NCBI GenBank assembly: GCA_036785375.1
Contig: JAWMAR010000386.1
Location: 1,612,001-1,676,000 of the forward strand
Reading direction: 5' to 3'
Source: Leucoraja ocellata
Taxonomy: Eukaryota
DNA length: 64,000 nucleotides
Part shown: one piece after another, positions 63,830 through 64,000 of the stretch
How positions within the stretch are numbered: the stretch's first letter is position 1
Layout of the letters: every line of letters starts with the position of its first letter
Program-made: the position numbers and the translations under genes
The notes under the pieces: generated by a model
Seen by the model: the letters and a program-made list of their open reading frames with translations, nothing else
Databases searched by the model: none
What the model was told of the DNA's origin: nothing

Positions 63830-64000
63830 ATCAGGTCATTGTCAACCATTCACTCCCAGAGGTGAGCAGATGCTCTTAAAATTGTGACGGATGCTTCACA
63901 TGCCCTCTCAGTTTGACAAAGTCAAAGGCTTTAATGAGATCCAGAAAGTCCATGTAGAGTGGTTGGTAGACGGAGGATTTCTCTTGAAATGATGGGCGGT
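63830..64000 (-). mobile_element. RTE-type LINE RT fragment
   Basis: Minus strand reads QPLYMDFLDLIKAFD, the RTE-style PLYxxFxDLxKAFD motif. Confidence 0.55.

Overview
This is eukaryotic, AT-rich, transposon-dense DNA. The repeat repertoire (HE1-type V-SINEs, CR1 LINEs, Penelope-like elements) suggests a cartilaginous fish, probably a skate or ray; that assignment is an inference. The only host coding sequence I can support is two minus-strand exons of follistatin-like 5 (fstl5): 57850-58046 (197 bp) and 51375-51495 (121 bp), encoding the EF-hand region. The rest appears to be fstl5 intron. The introns hold: (i) a very young, structurally complete Gypsy LTR retrotransposon (34956-39688; identical 208-bp LTRs, TTTTC TSD) nested in a CR1 tail; (ii) a family of Penelope-like elements (RT + GIY-YIG) whose 3' ends carry a minimal hammerhead-ribozyme core (CTGAAGA...GAAAC). 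It occurs as a 2-kb fold-back with ~685-bp arms, a ~220-bp palindromic mini-element, nested solo ends beside exon 6, and a 4x35-bp tandem array of ribozyme cores; (iii) a 2.8-kb CR1 and many CR1, Rex1 and RTE fragments; (iv) tRNA-derived SINEs; (v) non-autonomous DNA transposons (TcMar-like, hAT-like, PIF/Harbinger-like MITEs). There are two assembly gaps. The most interesting theme is the hammerhead-bearing Penelope system and how its copies bracket a frame-symmetric fstl5 exon pair. All of this was read by eye, with no database search.
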